Both the position numbers and the translations under genes were made by a program. 64,000 nt of DNA, taken from contig NC_047079.1 of assembly GCF_902459465.1 (NCBI RefSeq), forward strand, positions 6,572,001 through 6,636,000. The letters run 5' to 3'. Positions 50,750 through 63,242 of the stretch are shown here, in pieces. Source of the stretch: Asterias rubens. Taxonomy: Eukaryota. The first letter of the stretch is position 1; every line of letters starts with the position of its first letter. Below the pieces are notes generated by a model. The model was not told the DNA's origin. It was given only the letters and a program-made list of their open reading frames with translations, and did no database searches.

Positions 50750-50913
50750 GGGAATCAAAGTGTGTTGAATCGGTTTTTAACTAATGGTTTAAACCCGCCG
50801 AGGCCTGGTTCTTGATAATTTACCTCGACTTCGTCTCGGTAAAGTTATCAAGAAGCAGGCCTCGCAGGGATTAAACCACTGGTTGAAAACCTCTTCACCA
50901 CACATTGATTCCC
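50750..50913. repeat. Long imperfect inverted repeat (MITE-like)
   Basis: Arms GGGAATCAA.GTGTG...GAGGCCTGGTTCTTGATAA.TTACC / GGTAAAGTTATCAAGAAGCAGGCCTCG...CACACATTGATTCCC around a CTCGACTTCGTCTCG loop. Confidence 0.7.
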
Positions 50914-53900
50914 TTAGTAAAACATCCCATTGGAAACATCACACCAACCTCTTTGGTAGAGACGACAATGCAACATTTCAGAATTTTAGACGTGGGAGGA
51001 AAACCCACGCAGTCATGTAGGGACTTGAACACTCAAAATACCCATCCAAGGCTTCATTCAGTCTGGGTATCGAACCGGGGTCTACAATATACTATTGTTT
51101 ACAAACATTAACTTTTTTACGGACTACTTGCGCGTGTATTTTCCCGAAGACTACATGTTGTATGTATTTTGACTGGGTTGGGTTACGGTATTATGTTCCG
51201 GTAAACTTTAACAAACATTCGGGCTGATAAAATGTTAGTTAATTTAAAACAATTGTTAAACTTCTTTAAAAACCCATCTTTTTAAGAACACTTTTCGTTA
51301 CATTTTTATGTACATTTTGTTTAATTGGGTTTACTTGTGTTTAGTTACGACTGTTTTTTTAAATATTTGTATGTGACATGTAAAGCGTTTTTAAATAATC
51401 ATAGTAATTGTTGTTACAGGACAGTCTAAATGAATTGATGGATAGAGTTAGATTTTGTTTCAAAAGTTCCTACACAAGGCTCTCCACAGGTCATTTTTCA
51501 CACGGGAATCGGCTGTTTTTCTCGACTTGATCTGGATAGAGTTCAAGTCGAAAGTGTTCCCTGACGTGTCCTGGTGTGTCCATCCGACCGAGTGACTTGA
51601 ATGTATAAAGCACGGCAAATCAGGCGAGATGCAATTTGCTCGGATGACAGAGCTGGCACAAGCGCCGTGGAAAGCGCCTCACACCTCCACAAAACGGGCT
51701 CGTTGTCATGCCGCTAAAAAGCTCCCCTCGGAGTCCTGCTCGGACTGTATACATAAACCAAAAAGGAGTGAGGAAAAAAAGGAAAATCGCTCTCTACTTG
51801 TCAATCACCATTTTTCACATGTTTATGCTGTGAGTTTGTCAGGCGTTGGCTAAGCAAATGCACCTAAATTAGATTCGGTATTCACTGAAGAGGTCAGCTA
51901 TTTTAAGACATGTGAATTCGCTTTCTGTTTTAACACAAGTTTCGGTCAAATTTGAAATAAAAACGCGATTTTTTTGATTTTTTTTACATTCAGCACCAAT
52001 AAGGTCTATTCAACTGTTTTTATCTAGAGTATAAAAAAATTAACCTTCGAGTCTCTGCAACTATATTCCCTTTGTATTCGTAAATTTTTGTAAGGGAGGC
52101 CTTACTATCTGGATATTCTTTAGACTGCTCTAAACGGCCAAACTATCGCATATTTTCTGTTCATGGTGCAAGAATATCACAGATAAGCAAATATTTGCGT
52201 TTCAAACATTTGTGGCATTTGATTCACGAAATCTGTATTGTTCTCGAAGAGAATGTGATACTGTACCCCCCCCCCCCGCCTCCCCAAGAAAAAACTCCTT
52301 AATAAAGAAAAAAGCACGTCTGGTAACCTACTAACATAAAATAGCCAACATTCAATATTTGGCGAACGGGTTGTACGAAAGAAACATGTCATTCGGCGTT
52401 CAATGGTAGAATTATAAGTAAGGCACGTTCGGCAAACAGATAGATTTGTAATGTGGATATAACTATACGGTCACAGAATGACTTGGAAATTCAATTAGAG
52501 ACCCATTTGGAAGGGGAAGGACATATGTAGTCGGGGCAACTTCACTGACAAGACTATACTATGGCTGTTTTCGAAAGCATGGCTTTTGGGCTTAAAGGCT
52601 TCGTCAGTTAAGTAGAAGACGTGCGCTTTACGGGGCTTCGAAAGGGCGGACGAAACCCAATCCCTGCTTTCGAAAACACCATTTGAAGTTTTTATTAAAC
52701 AGGAGGGGAAGTTGAGCTAATTTGCTCCTTTATCTTGTCTTTCTTCCTTCTCGAAAAAAAGATTTTTTGACAAACTTTGCTCCTTAAAAGTATATTTGGA
52801 AGTTAAGACTTATGCATTTGAAGAAACTCCTTGCATTATAGTGGTGTGAGAAAGGGGTTTACTTGTTAGGTGAGGTTTGCGGTACACAATGTGTAAATCT
52901 CTTTTGAGTAGTGTTGGTTCCGAAAAGAACCGTTGGTTGACAACTCGACGACGTTTCGATCAGTTTGCTCTGATCGTCTTCAGGAAAAAGGTTTACTTGG
53001 TGATGTAAAGTGATTTGCGCTTATATAATTATAGAATAACAATAACTGCTTTGGTCAGATTTGCGGTGGGATGTTTCAGCTTTCACACCTTTTAATTCTA
53101 TAGTCGAAAGAAACTTTGTTTGATTTCATCGAATTGTCGGCTATCTGGAAAGGCATAAAACCCGCAATAAAACTGTCTTCTGTATTAATTAAAGTAAAAA
53201 CGTCACAAGGAAGAGAATAAGAAAGGTCCTTTCTTTAAGGTATATGGGCTAAGTTGGTTTCAAACTTTTCAGTTTGTGATTTCTTTAAAGAAAAAAACCT
53301 ATAATACCACGGTCTCAAGCACGCAGTAGTGCGTGAAGATGCGCATACCTATGGGCATTGTTAATACCGTGGGAACCGCTCGTCCAAAGTCACGCTGATT
53401 GTTCACCTAAAGAATAGGCACTCGTACAGGTAGCCCTACAAGATAAAGACGATGACTAGGTTTTCTCCCTGGGTACCTGGGGGGGCTTTTACTGGAAGAC
53501 ACCCTCCAATGACTGCACTGTCAGGTGGCATTGTCCTATGGGTTGGCTACCACCTTATGTAGCATCAAGTAGGGATTTGACTTTTATCCCCACGGAATAA
53601 AGAGAGTACAGAATTGGACAGTCAATCTTTAACTGGATTTGTTTTGGGGTCAAAATATAACTTTACAGTGATTTTTGTTTCCATTTGTATTTAGTAACTT
53701 ATTTGACCCGATCCGCGTGACCTTCGGGTATAAAACAGTTTTGTTTCACTCTGAAGAGAGCGTGAAAATGCTACCACCTCTAGTAGAGGGGGGGGGGGTA
53801 GGGGGTAGTTGACAAATATTGATTGGTTTATGATGTTTATCGTTATCCATGGTTGGGTCCGACCTCGTGCAAAAGCAGCAAAGGGGACAACTCCATAAAG

Positions 53901-55721
53901 CCGTGTCACACTTTGTAAGAATACTGAATCCAAAGAGAGCATAAATCAAATGCGTCAAATGCAACTGTTTCTATTCGTCGAGTACGCGAGGGTTTAGGGT
54001 TCAGAACCCGGTCAATCTCGTAAGCTATTTCGAAAAAACAGTAAGAGTACTTTTTATACTTGGAACTTTTTATGTTTTCCTGCTTAGCATTAATTGGCAA
54101 GGAACGAATGAGCGGATATCTTGTTCACGTTTTTTAATAGGAACGCTAGGTGGCAGCAGGGAATGTGATTATGCTTGGAACTACGTAAAACAATGAAATT
54201 GTGTCAACAATGAAGTCTGCTGCCACCTAGCGTTTCAAAATATCCAATTGCTCCATAAAACTGATGGCCATGCGCTTAGAAGCTTAGTGAATAACAAGTA
54301 CCGCACATTCTAAAACTGTCACCTTAAAGTAATGTTGACTGCTGTCATCTTATAGAAATCATAGTTGCTATAGCCACCCCCAAAAAAACAAAATTGTATC
54401 GTCCCTTATACGGGTTATAAGGGTCAAATGTCAGTTTTTATTTTACGCATTTATGCATCAAAGGTTAATTAAAGTGTCGCTAGAAGTTACAAAATAACTG
54501 AACCTAAATATGAGTGGGATATATAGGGTGAATTTTTAGCTTAATCACCCCTGTACCTTATCTTGATTCAAATAAAATGGACTAAAACCTCTGTCTAATT
54601 TCTTTTTTAGTCGGTGGTCAATGTTGTATATATGGCCTTAAAATGATATAAGACCAACCGTCGATTTCACCACACTCTTCCTAACTTAGGATTAATCTTA
54701 GGACTTAGGACGGGTTCAGATCCGTATCAAAATACGTAGGACGAATTTAACCCCTTCCTAAGTACGACGGGTTACTCTTCCTAACTCGAGTAAGGATTAT
54801 TCCTAGCGTTTCGTCAAATCGGCTGCAAATCATACAACGAATCTCATGAGTAACCGACATCCAACGCTTCAAAAGATTGTCTTTTTTGTTGCTGTAAGTG
54901 ATTTAATTTCGCTTTTGGGAGTTATGGGGAAAGAACCATTGGAAATGACGCAATTTGACCGGAAAGCAAGAACACAAAAGCAGACGTGTGACCCTCCGCA
55001 GGTTTCTCGTTTTTCGGTGGTTCAAGGGATGATCGATCGATATGTCGATGGGTTCGCTCGGAAGTTCTCTGTACCCAAGGCAGCGGAAACTCCTCGGTAA
55101 CCCCTCGGGGGGAATCTCGACCGTAGTCACGGCCCGTAAATTCTGAGGTTTTACCCCTCCCCTTTTTGTTTCCGTTAATGGGTTATTGCAACATCAAATG
55201 CCAGGAGTCTTTTTTTTATCGCAATGAGGAAAGTATTCTATATCAAAACCCGTCATGGCGTTTTGAGTTTAATAAAATCATTATAAATTGTTATATTTTG
55301 TTCAAATTGCCCTTACAACGTATCAGAGCGCTGTGCAACAATTTAAAGAATAACTATACATCACAATACAATGCACAAAACTTGGGTGTTAAAATTGACA
55401 CCATAAATTAGTATTATATGTTGATATCAATGTAAAAACAAACAACATTTACGTAGTGTAAAAGTGGGTGTAGGAAAAAACTCGCCTGTCCCAACTGGTT
55501 AAACAAAATTTAACCCAGAAACTGCAACATGGCCTATCAATTTCAGACCATTTTAATTTCTTTACACTACACAACATTAAGTGTAACGTCATGATGTGGG
55601 AAAATCATCAGGACTTCCTTCGATGATTATGTTATTCTCCAAGACATAACACACAAATTGTGAACTTAGTTCGTGGTCGCTTGTTTTATCTTTTGGCATG
55701 GGCTCCAAATTGTCTCGTTAA

Positions 55722-55877
55722 GGCCGGTTTATATTATAGTCAGTCGCGCAATGGTCACTCACGCGATGGAAATCTTGCGCGCGATCCTAAGACTGAGGCC
55801 TAAAAACCGTGTCTTTTTATGATCGCGCGTCAAGATTTCCATCGCGAGGCCATCGCGCGACCGACTGTAACTCGGCC
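55722..55877. mobile_element. Palindromic MITE (GGCCG termini)
   Basis: GGCCG/CGGCC ends; internal arms CAGTCGCGC/GCGCGACCGACTG and CGCGATGGAAATCTTG/CAAGATTTCCATCGCG. Confidence 0.65.
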
Positions 55878-56558
55878 TTCAAGATTTTCACCACTGTGAA
55901 CTTTTGTACAAAGTTTTGCATAAGTTAGGCAGACATTCATACCGCATGATTTACCATTACATGTGCATGTACATGTACATGTATATCAAACCACACATTG
56001 TGGCTAGTTGATGTCAGTCAATATGCGATCGATCATTTTTTACGAAATGCTTGAACGATCATAACCAAAAAAGATCCGGTCTCAAGAACGAAATGCATTG
56101 TTGCTAACTCATAAGAAGATGATGTCTTTAGAACCAATCAATGAAAACATTCACTCTTCGCAAGCAATCTTTGTGATATCGTTAAAAGGAAGAAGGGAAA
56201 AGGACAGTAGAACAGACAGAGATCAGTTAACATAATTATATGGTCAGTCACCCCAATATGTCTGTGGATCCAATTTCATGGCTCTGCTTTATCGCGACAT
56301 TATGCTCTCATGGCGCCCTTTAGAGCACATTGTATGCCGTAAGCGCCGAATCGTGCTACAAGCCGCGCCAATGGCTCTCGGCCCTATCTCACGAAGCCTG
56401 TAGTGTAAGCAAAAAATTGTTGAGCACAAATATTGTTTACAGAAACAGACTACCAGTCCAAACTACATTAAGTATACATTGTTGCAACTGGTACTCCACT
56501 AGTTTTTTGCTTCGCAATTGCTTAGCAAAGAAAATTGTCAAGCAGATGTTCTGCTTAA

Positions 56559-56770
56559 AGGTACACGTTGCCTTGGATCGGTCGAGTTTGTCTTTGAAAA
56601 GCGTTTGTAACCGTTTGTTATAAAATGCATATGAGTAGAAAGAAGTTGTAAAAGTAGAATACAATGATCCACACAAACATGCCTCGAAATTGCACGGTTT
56701 TCCTTTTGCATCGTCGACTAACACAGTCTGCCATTTATGGGAGTCACATTTTTGACTCCCAATAAACAGC
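56559..56770 (+). mobile_element. Partial TTAA|AGG-type MITE (different family, AGGTACACGTTGCC)
   Basis: TTAA 56555-56558 followed by an AGG terminus typical of Kolobok/T2 elements; right TIR not found. Confidence 0.45.
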
Positions 56771-57249
56771 TTTAACAGCTTTATGAAATTGGCTACAAAG
56801 ATGGTGAGACTTTATTTTTTGACAGAAAATCCGTCCATTTGGATTTTCTAAAGAAGATAAAGGGCACCTCTCATTGTATGATTTTCCCGCTCACTTTCAG
56901 CAACCTATTTTACTTTTGGCTCTCGATCCTGTATAGAAGCCGTCATTCAGTTGCACTTTGACGCATGCAAATAAAGCTTTACTCAGTAGACTTTGCCACT
57001 CACTAATGCCAGAGTTGGTGCAAGAGATTATCAACTTTCGCTTTCATATTACAGTAAGCGATTTCGCAAAGTAAATAAGCTCTAGTAACAAAATGTAAAC
57101 CGTGCCCCCCCCCCCCCCCACTTCTTTATTTCTGGCAGAATGTTAACACTACGTTGGTAGAAACCATCAACTAAGCAAGTGTTAGCGTTTAAAATTGTAG
57201 GGAGAGCCACCTTTAAATTATAATATTTTGTATTTTCTACACACTCTTA

Positions 57250-57730
57250 TGTTGATACAGATTCCGGGTCAAACTGACCCAGAAACAAGTCAGGTCCCAC
57301 GGGTAAATTCTGACCCGGTTTATTTTAGAATTCATATATCCTCAGACCGGGTTTGCAGTGCAATGACGGCTACCAATTATGATAGTCCCTTGATTTAAAC
57401 ACTATTGGGATTGCAATTCCAAGACAATTCAGATGTTAAGGCGGTTTAAAAAATAAACCGTGCGTGATCTTGGTCACATATTATTCCAGGTCATACTGAC
57501 CCCCAAAATGGGTCAGGTTCCAGATGCGGGTCTATCCTGACCCAGGTTTCTTGTTTTCGGAATACCAGAAAACTGGGTTAACTGTATCATGGTTCTCACT
57601 CTTGTTTTCATCATCATTGCGAGTGCAATTCCATGAAGACAATTCAGACGTAAGACGGTTAAAAAAAAAAAAAACACCACGTGCAAGAGCTCAGTCCACT
57701 TCAGTGCGTGATCTTGGGTGGATAAATCTC
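57250..57730. repeat. Diverged tandem duplication (about 230-bp unit)
   Basis: GGTCA.ACTGACCC...GTCAGGT.CC and TGCAATTCCA..AAGACAATTCAGA...GTGCGTGATCTTGG each occur twice. Confidence 0.6.
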
Positions 57731-58620
57731 CTCACGATTTTCTTTTCTCTTTTTTTTGCATCTTTAGTAAATAGCATCTTAAGACGAACATTTGAATGAG
57801 AAGGGGGTAAATCCAAGACGCCTCCCGAACCTCCTATGTTGGGCCAACAGAGTCGCCTGAGTAGGCAAACTGGAGATAGTCTCTGCCCCAAATCAAGAAA
57901 ATCTTGATAAGGCCAAATAACAAAAATACAAGTTGGTACCCTCTCGCAGCCTTTTTTGAGGCCCACCTTTTTTTATATTTTTTTTTTTCAAAATGAATTT
58001 TGTTGGTGTTTTTCTCTTTAAACTTACTAATCTTTTAAGTACTTGTAGTGACTTTAAACTGAAAAAATGACGGCCAGTTCGAATTTAAATGCTTAGCGGA
58101 CACCCTTAAAGGAAATAAAAACAAGTCCGTCATCCTCCTCTTAAAAAAAACCCCCAGACGAACAACTGGTATTTTGTTTTACATGGCCTAGGACACCAGA
58201 TGTGGTTCTCTGCGATTTCTTTTCCTTCAAGAATTAAGATGAGATGTTGATATCAAAGCTGCAGGTTTCTTAAGGTGGGCTTACCTCTAAGATCTCTTTG
58301 TTTGATTCTTACTACCGGGATATGCGGAACAATTGAGAATAAATTTAGATCTCTTGAGCGGATTTAATCCTGTTCCAATATCGGGGATAAATTGGAGAAT
58401 TGTTTTGGTGGATGAATCGGTTTTTAAAGAAGGAGGATTTAAGGAGGAGTTTGTCCAGTCCCTTAAGGCGTAATAATCGTTCTTATTCGTATAATCATTT
58501 AAAGGTATCAGAGCTAAGACTCAATGCATCCAGACAGTAATGGGGATAGGGCAGAGATGTTGTCAGCAAAAGAACAGATGGAACGCAATATTGACAAAGT
58601 GAGGTATTTAAGGAGACAAT

Positions 58621-58985
58621 AATGCTCAGACTCTTAGCTCAGGCTAAATCTGCTCGAAAAAGTCACTCATACCATGGAGGAAGATGGAGGCTTCCTCCAT
58701 GCTCATACCAACACATGGCAAACAAACAAAGATCAAAGACATCATGCAGGCATGATACTTCACGGAGGCAACGAAGGCGATTGCCTCCATGCACCATAGC
58801 CATTGCCTTGATGCCTTTACCAAGACGGTAATGCTAACACTCTTAGCTCAGGCTAAGTCTGCTCGAAAAAACACTCATACCAACACATAGCAAACAAACT
58901 AAGATCAAAGACATCATGCTGGCATGATACTTCACTTGCCTCCATGCCCCATAGTCAATGCCTTGATGCCCTTTACCAAGGAGCA
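58621..58985. repeat. Local diverged duplication (58621-58829 vs 58830-58985)
   Basis: AATGCT.A.ACTCTTAGCTCAGGCTAA.TCTGCTCGAAAAA...AAGATCAAAGACATCATGC.GGCATGATACTTCAC present twice. Confidence 0.85.
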
Positions 58986-60199
58986 AATTCCTTGGTTCCA
59001 TTGCCCTTTCAAGTCGAAGTATACGGTACAAGAATAGCAAGACGGTGAAGAGAATGGAAATTACACTAGGAGGGCTTCATCAAACAATGGAGGAACACTG
59101 CCTGATGAGGAGGTTAATCTGGGTTCAGTTTGGCTGAATGTTAAAAACAACAAGACCGAATTCTGGCTTGCTCCACCGTCCATTGGCGTTTTCCAAACCT
59201 CGGCTTAAAGGCTCCAGCTCCGCGTTTGATTTTGGAAACACTGTACAAAATGTGTACTGCTTTCCAACATAGACGAGTCACGGAGCCCAGAGCTGGAAAC
59301 GGAGCCAAAGCCCTGGTTTGGAAAGGGCCCCCAATCGTCACTAAACACCACACATTTCCTTCAGGGAATAATTTCGTCCTTGCAAAATTAAAATCCACCT
59401 TTACGAATAAGCTACGAACCACCTCTTTCTTTCTGTTAAAAAAAAGAGGAGTGCATTTATCCAACCTCAGACATGGTTTACTTCTAATCACTTCGGTATT
59501 GTACTTGTTCAGGTATTTTTGGCAGTACATTTGGCAGAAGATCATGCCTAAGTAACCATAGTTTAATCGAAAAATTCTGTAGCTTTTTCTTCTCCTTGAT
59601 TGTGTTTTAGGGTTCTTTTCAAGTCATGATCTCCCGGTCTCCAAGGAAGGAGGGGTCAAGACACATCTCATGCGTCACCAATTGCCCCCTAAAGAAGGAT
59701 AATCCTGAATTCAGCTCAGTTTAATCTCGGGCTCTTTTACGGTTATTTTGGCAAAATTAAAAGCAAAATTAAGTAAATGTCGCCCCACCGATGGGGTATC
59801 GCCTTTTATTGATTTCTGGCTTTATACGAACTAACTTCATCGGATACTCGCTACCATCAGATACTCGCTACCATCTCTATAAGAAGTAGGTTTTTTTTTT
59901 GTTTTTTTTTTTGGGGGGGGAGGAATTACCCTACCTTTAAACAAAATACTTTCGTTGGCAATCTCCTATTTTCCAACTTGGCTAGTGATAACTGAATTGC
60001 CCAAGATTATTACTGTTATCTATCTCCTGGGTACATTTTGTGTACCGGCAATGTCCTGTTTATTATCTCATCTTGAATATTGGTGTTAGTTTTTAACTTT
60101 TGATACCGCCATTTTGTTTATAGTACTTGCCGCTGTACTCTACTCCATAATCCTGACCCATTGCGGATCAAGAATCTGTGTCAAAATGCCATGTCACCA

Positions 60200-60439
60200 G
60201 GGCCCAATTTCATAGAGCTACTAAGCATAACAATTTGCTTAGCATGAAATTTCTTCCTTGATAAAAACAAGATTACCAACCAAATTTTAAATTGTTGCAT
60301 AATGCTTATTACTGGCATTCAGCTGTTGTTTGCTTATCCTGCAAATCACGTGGAAATTTGGTTGGTAACCTGTTTTTATCAATGAAGAAGATTCATGCTA
60401 AGCAAATTTTGGTGCTTAGCAGCTCTATAAAATTGGGCC
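60200..60439. mobile_element. MITE family GGCCCAATTTCATAGAGCTGCTAAGCA
   Basis: TIRs and body homologous (inverted) to 12544-12784. Confidence 0.82.
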
Positions 60440-63092
60440 ATGTACAGTTTGTTACTGGTATCCTGCAAATTTTCGCTAAACACAAAAATTGTAAGCAAAA
60501 CCTATTAAATCAGGCCATGTTCTTTTACGCGGTCCCAAAGAGCTGATGTATATAGTGAAGAGCACTTCAAGAAAACTATACAAGGTTTTTGAAGAATGGT
60601 GTGAAATTGCCCTTTCAGTTGTGCCCAGTTTCATAGAACTCATTAAACAAACAGTTTTGCTTAACAAATTCTTGCTGAGCAGAAATAGACAGGTCACCAG
60701 TCAGAAATGGTACATGTGACATGGTATATTGGCTGGTAACCTTAACTCGGGTAAGCAGCTCCGTGAAGTTGGGTCCATGTGATAATCAATCCGTGTGGTA
60801 TATTGACTCGCACAGTAATTTTTATCCTGCTCTTTTGACTCGTGCATCTTCTAAAAAGGAGTACACTGAGGCACTGAGGGAAAAGTGGGGAACAAAAACA
60901 GGAGCCATGAAAAAAATTTGGTAAAACCAAGGTTTAGGAGATTACGCTTCGGAGACACCGGGGTTTTCTCCTTTCAGATTGCATTGCCATCCAATCAGAC
61001 TTAACGGTCACAAAGCCGGAAAGACACCGCAAAGTGAATTGGCCGTGATTTGGGCACAATAGACGGCACGATAATGAAGGCGAGAGAGCCCAAGCTCTAC
61101 GTGTTCCAGAAGTTACAGGAATTTAGCCAAGGGACATCACAAGTTGGAAAACGGGGTTTAGTGGTCTTAGGATGAAAAGGGTTACAATTGCCAGGGGTTT
61201 TAGCCGTAGACGTTAAGGATTAAGAACTGTTCATTCCCCTTTCCTCATTTTCACAGAATGCAGTTCGTGTGACTTGCGTGAAAGCTGGTGTTAGATTAGA
61301 AGGGAAAACTCCACGGCGTCGAAGATGTAATTTATCCGATCACGTGTTGGTGGCAGGTTCGCCCCAGGCCTAAAAAATATCCCAAGGTATTTGCTTGTAA
61401 CAGTTAGGGCCTACTCCTTATTAACACTGGATAAATATGTTCGTTTTAAACCAGGAAGAAATAATTATGTTTGTATTAAGTTTTCTTAGAATGATGGAGA
61501 AATCGAGCAGCTTTTATCAATATTCATAAAGTTATTATTCATTTGTTGGCAATTTTCTTTTTAAAATATATTGAACCAAGAGATCTTGGGCCTATAACAA
61601 CACAAAACAATTGAGTAACTCTTTGGCATGACATTATAGATATAAAAAGCAGAGAAGAAATGTGAAGAATTGTAGTAGATTTGGAAGAAAAAACCTACAA
61701 AAAGGGAAACCCGAGTTACCAAGTTGGGACTATAAACCAAATCCACTATAGTACGTGTGATTTTGCTGAAAGACGGGGTTTTGGGGTCCAATGTGGCGAA
61801 CCGTAGAAAAACTGATCCCCTTGAAAACGCTGTGACATTTTATTTTTAGTAAAGGTCTGAAATATGTGGTTTTGTCGACAACCCCTTTGTCGAAACTGTT
61901 GAGATTTCGGGCAAACTATAAACGAGTAGTGTTTTTCCTTGTGGTAAGCGCATTTATCTCACCGGTAGGCAGCATCTATTCTTCCCCCTTCATGGGGCCT
62001 CCTGGTTGACGAGCAGTCGCGTGACCGTCAACAAAATATAGACCCTTCCGCCTCGCCTCATCCCTCGGCAGATCGGCAGTTTACAAATCATCGAAGAAAA
62101 CAAAAGTCAACAATGACCACAACAACCAAATCTTTTTCAGGATTGCAGGGGGGAAGTTTCTTTCATTCGGAGGCTAATCTTGACCTAATCTGGCCTTCTT
62201 GATGGCAAATGAAATCCGATTATCTAGCTGGGATTAGTCAATCAAGTCGGCTGCTGGGGAAAATCGTGAAAGGGGGGTTGCGCAAGAAAAATAAGGAAGC
62301 TTGCTTACATAATTAAGCAGCAGTATGTTTTACTGTTATTCCATTTTGTACAAACTTGCAGTGAAGACAACTGTTATAATCTGTTATGCGATTTTATTAA
62401 AATAGCTTGTAGATCACTGTGTAATATTTTTATTGCACGTTTTCTTCTAAAGGCCTCAATTTACAATCCAAATTTAATTAGTAATCCACTCGTTAAATAA
62501 TATAGACATTTAAAAAATATATATAATTTACAATATTGTTTTGTTAAAATATCCGTTCCTATACTTGATAGGACAGTCGTCGATTTTAATTCAGTTAGAA
62601 AAGAAGGGCATTTTAGATTTGATTGATTGTGTTCCAAAGTCCAAAGTTTGACCAGTCCTTTGCAGTTTTTGTACACCTTGTCTTTAGTAATTTATTACAT
62701 GAAGTTATTTTGCAAAAAGACCTACTCAAATATTATTTCCCCTCTGTCGAAATAACATAAATCGTGTTCTGCTCTTTTTCCGTTTATTTTTTTGCAAATG
62801 AAAGAACTTTGTAACTTCACATGCAGCGCACTCTGCACCAACCACTTTACCAAAACGAGATTATGTGTGTTGATGCTACCACTGGGGGCGGCAAACATAA
62901 TCCACGGACACCATTTTTTTGAGAAGATCCTCAGAGAGGGCGCTATTTACTAATATTGGAGCGGGTAGTAAATAATTATGTAATGCTATTTTCTTCCTCC
63001 GTGGTGTTACGGTGATTTTGTAACAAGGGGCGCACTTATGTTTTTCTGCTATCAGTCGAGTGGGGGCGCCCTTGACACTTACAGTACTCCAA

Positions 63093-63242
63093 CTAATGTG
63101 TGTATGGGTTACTCTTTCCCACGATAGACCACTGCATGAGAACGGCGTCTGCTCCGCCTGTAGAGATCAGAAAGCTGTCATTCACAAGGAACCGTGCGCC
63201 GGTGACGTGAAAGCTTTGGGCCTTGATGTCAAAGGACGTTGC
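63093..63242 (-). CDS. EML/EMAP-family WD40 protein, terminal exon (ATSFDIKAQSFHVTGARFLVNDSFLISTGGADAVLMQWSIVGKSNPYTH*)
   Basis: Resembles the EML terminal repeat pattern HVT.V.F...DS.LISTGG.D.S.MQW; tcttccAG acceptor, in frame with the preceding exon; TAG stop; AATAAA on the minus strand at 62783-62788. Confidence 0.88.
   Translation of the reverse strand, partial: ATSFDIKAQSFHVTGARFLVNDSFLISTGGADAVLMQWSIVGKSNPYTH

Noticed and set aside
45088-53775. Other CTGANG...GAAA near-matches (about 45090 and 53752)
   Set aside because: Core position 9 is wrong or helix II cannot form; not credible hammerheads.
58200-58620. Possible decayed LINE endonuclease region
   Set aside because: Only vague similarity across frameshifts and stops; cannot be supported without a profile search.
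44310-63000. A second Hes paralogue (Hes genes are often clustered)
   Set aside because: No further KPx[15 protein letters not shown] or WRPW/WRPY coding segments were seen on either strand in this interval or elsewhere in the window.
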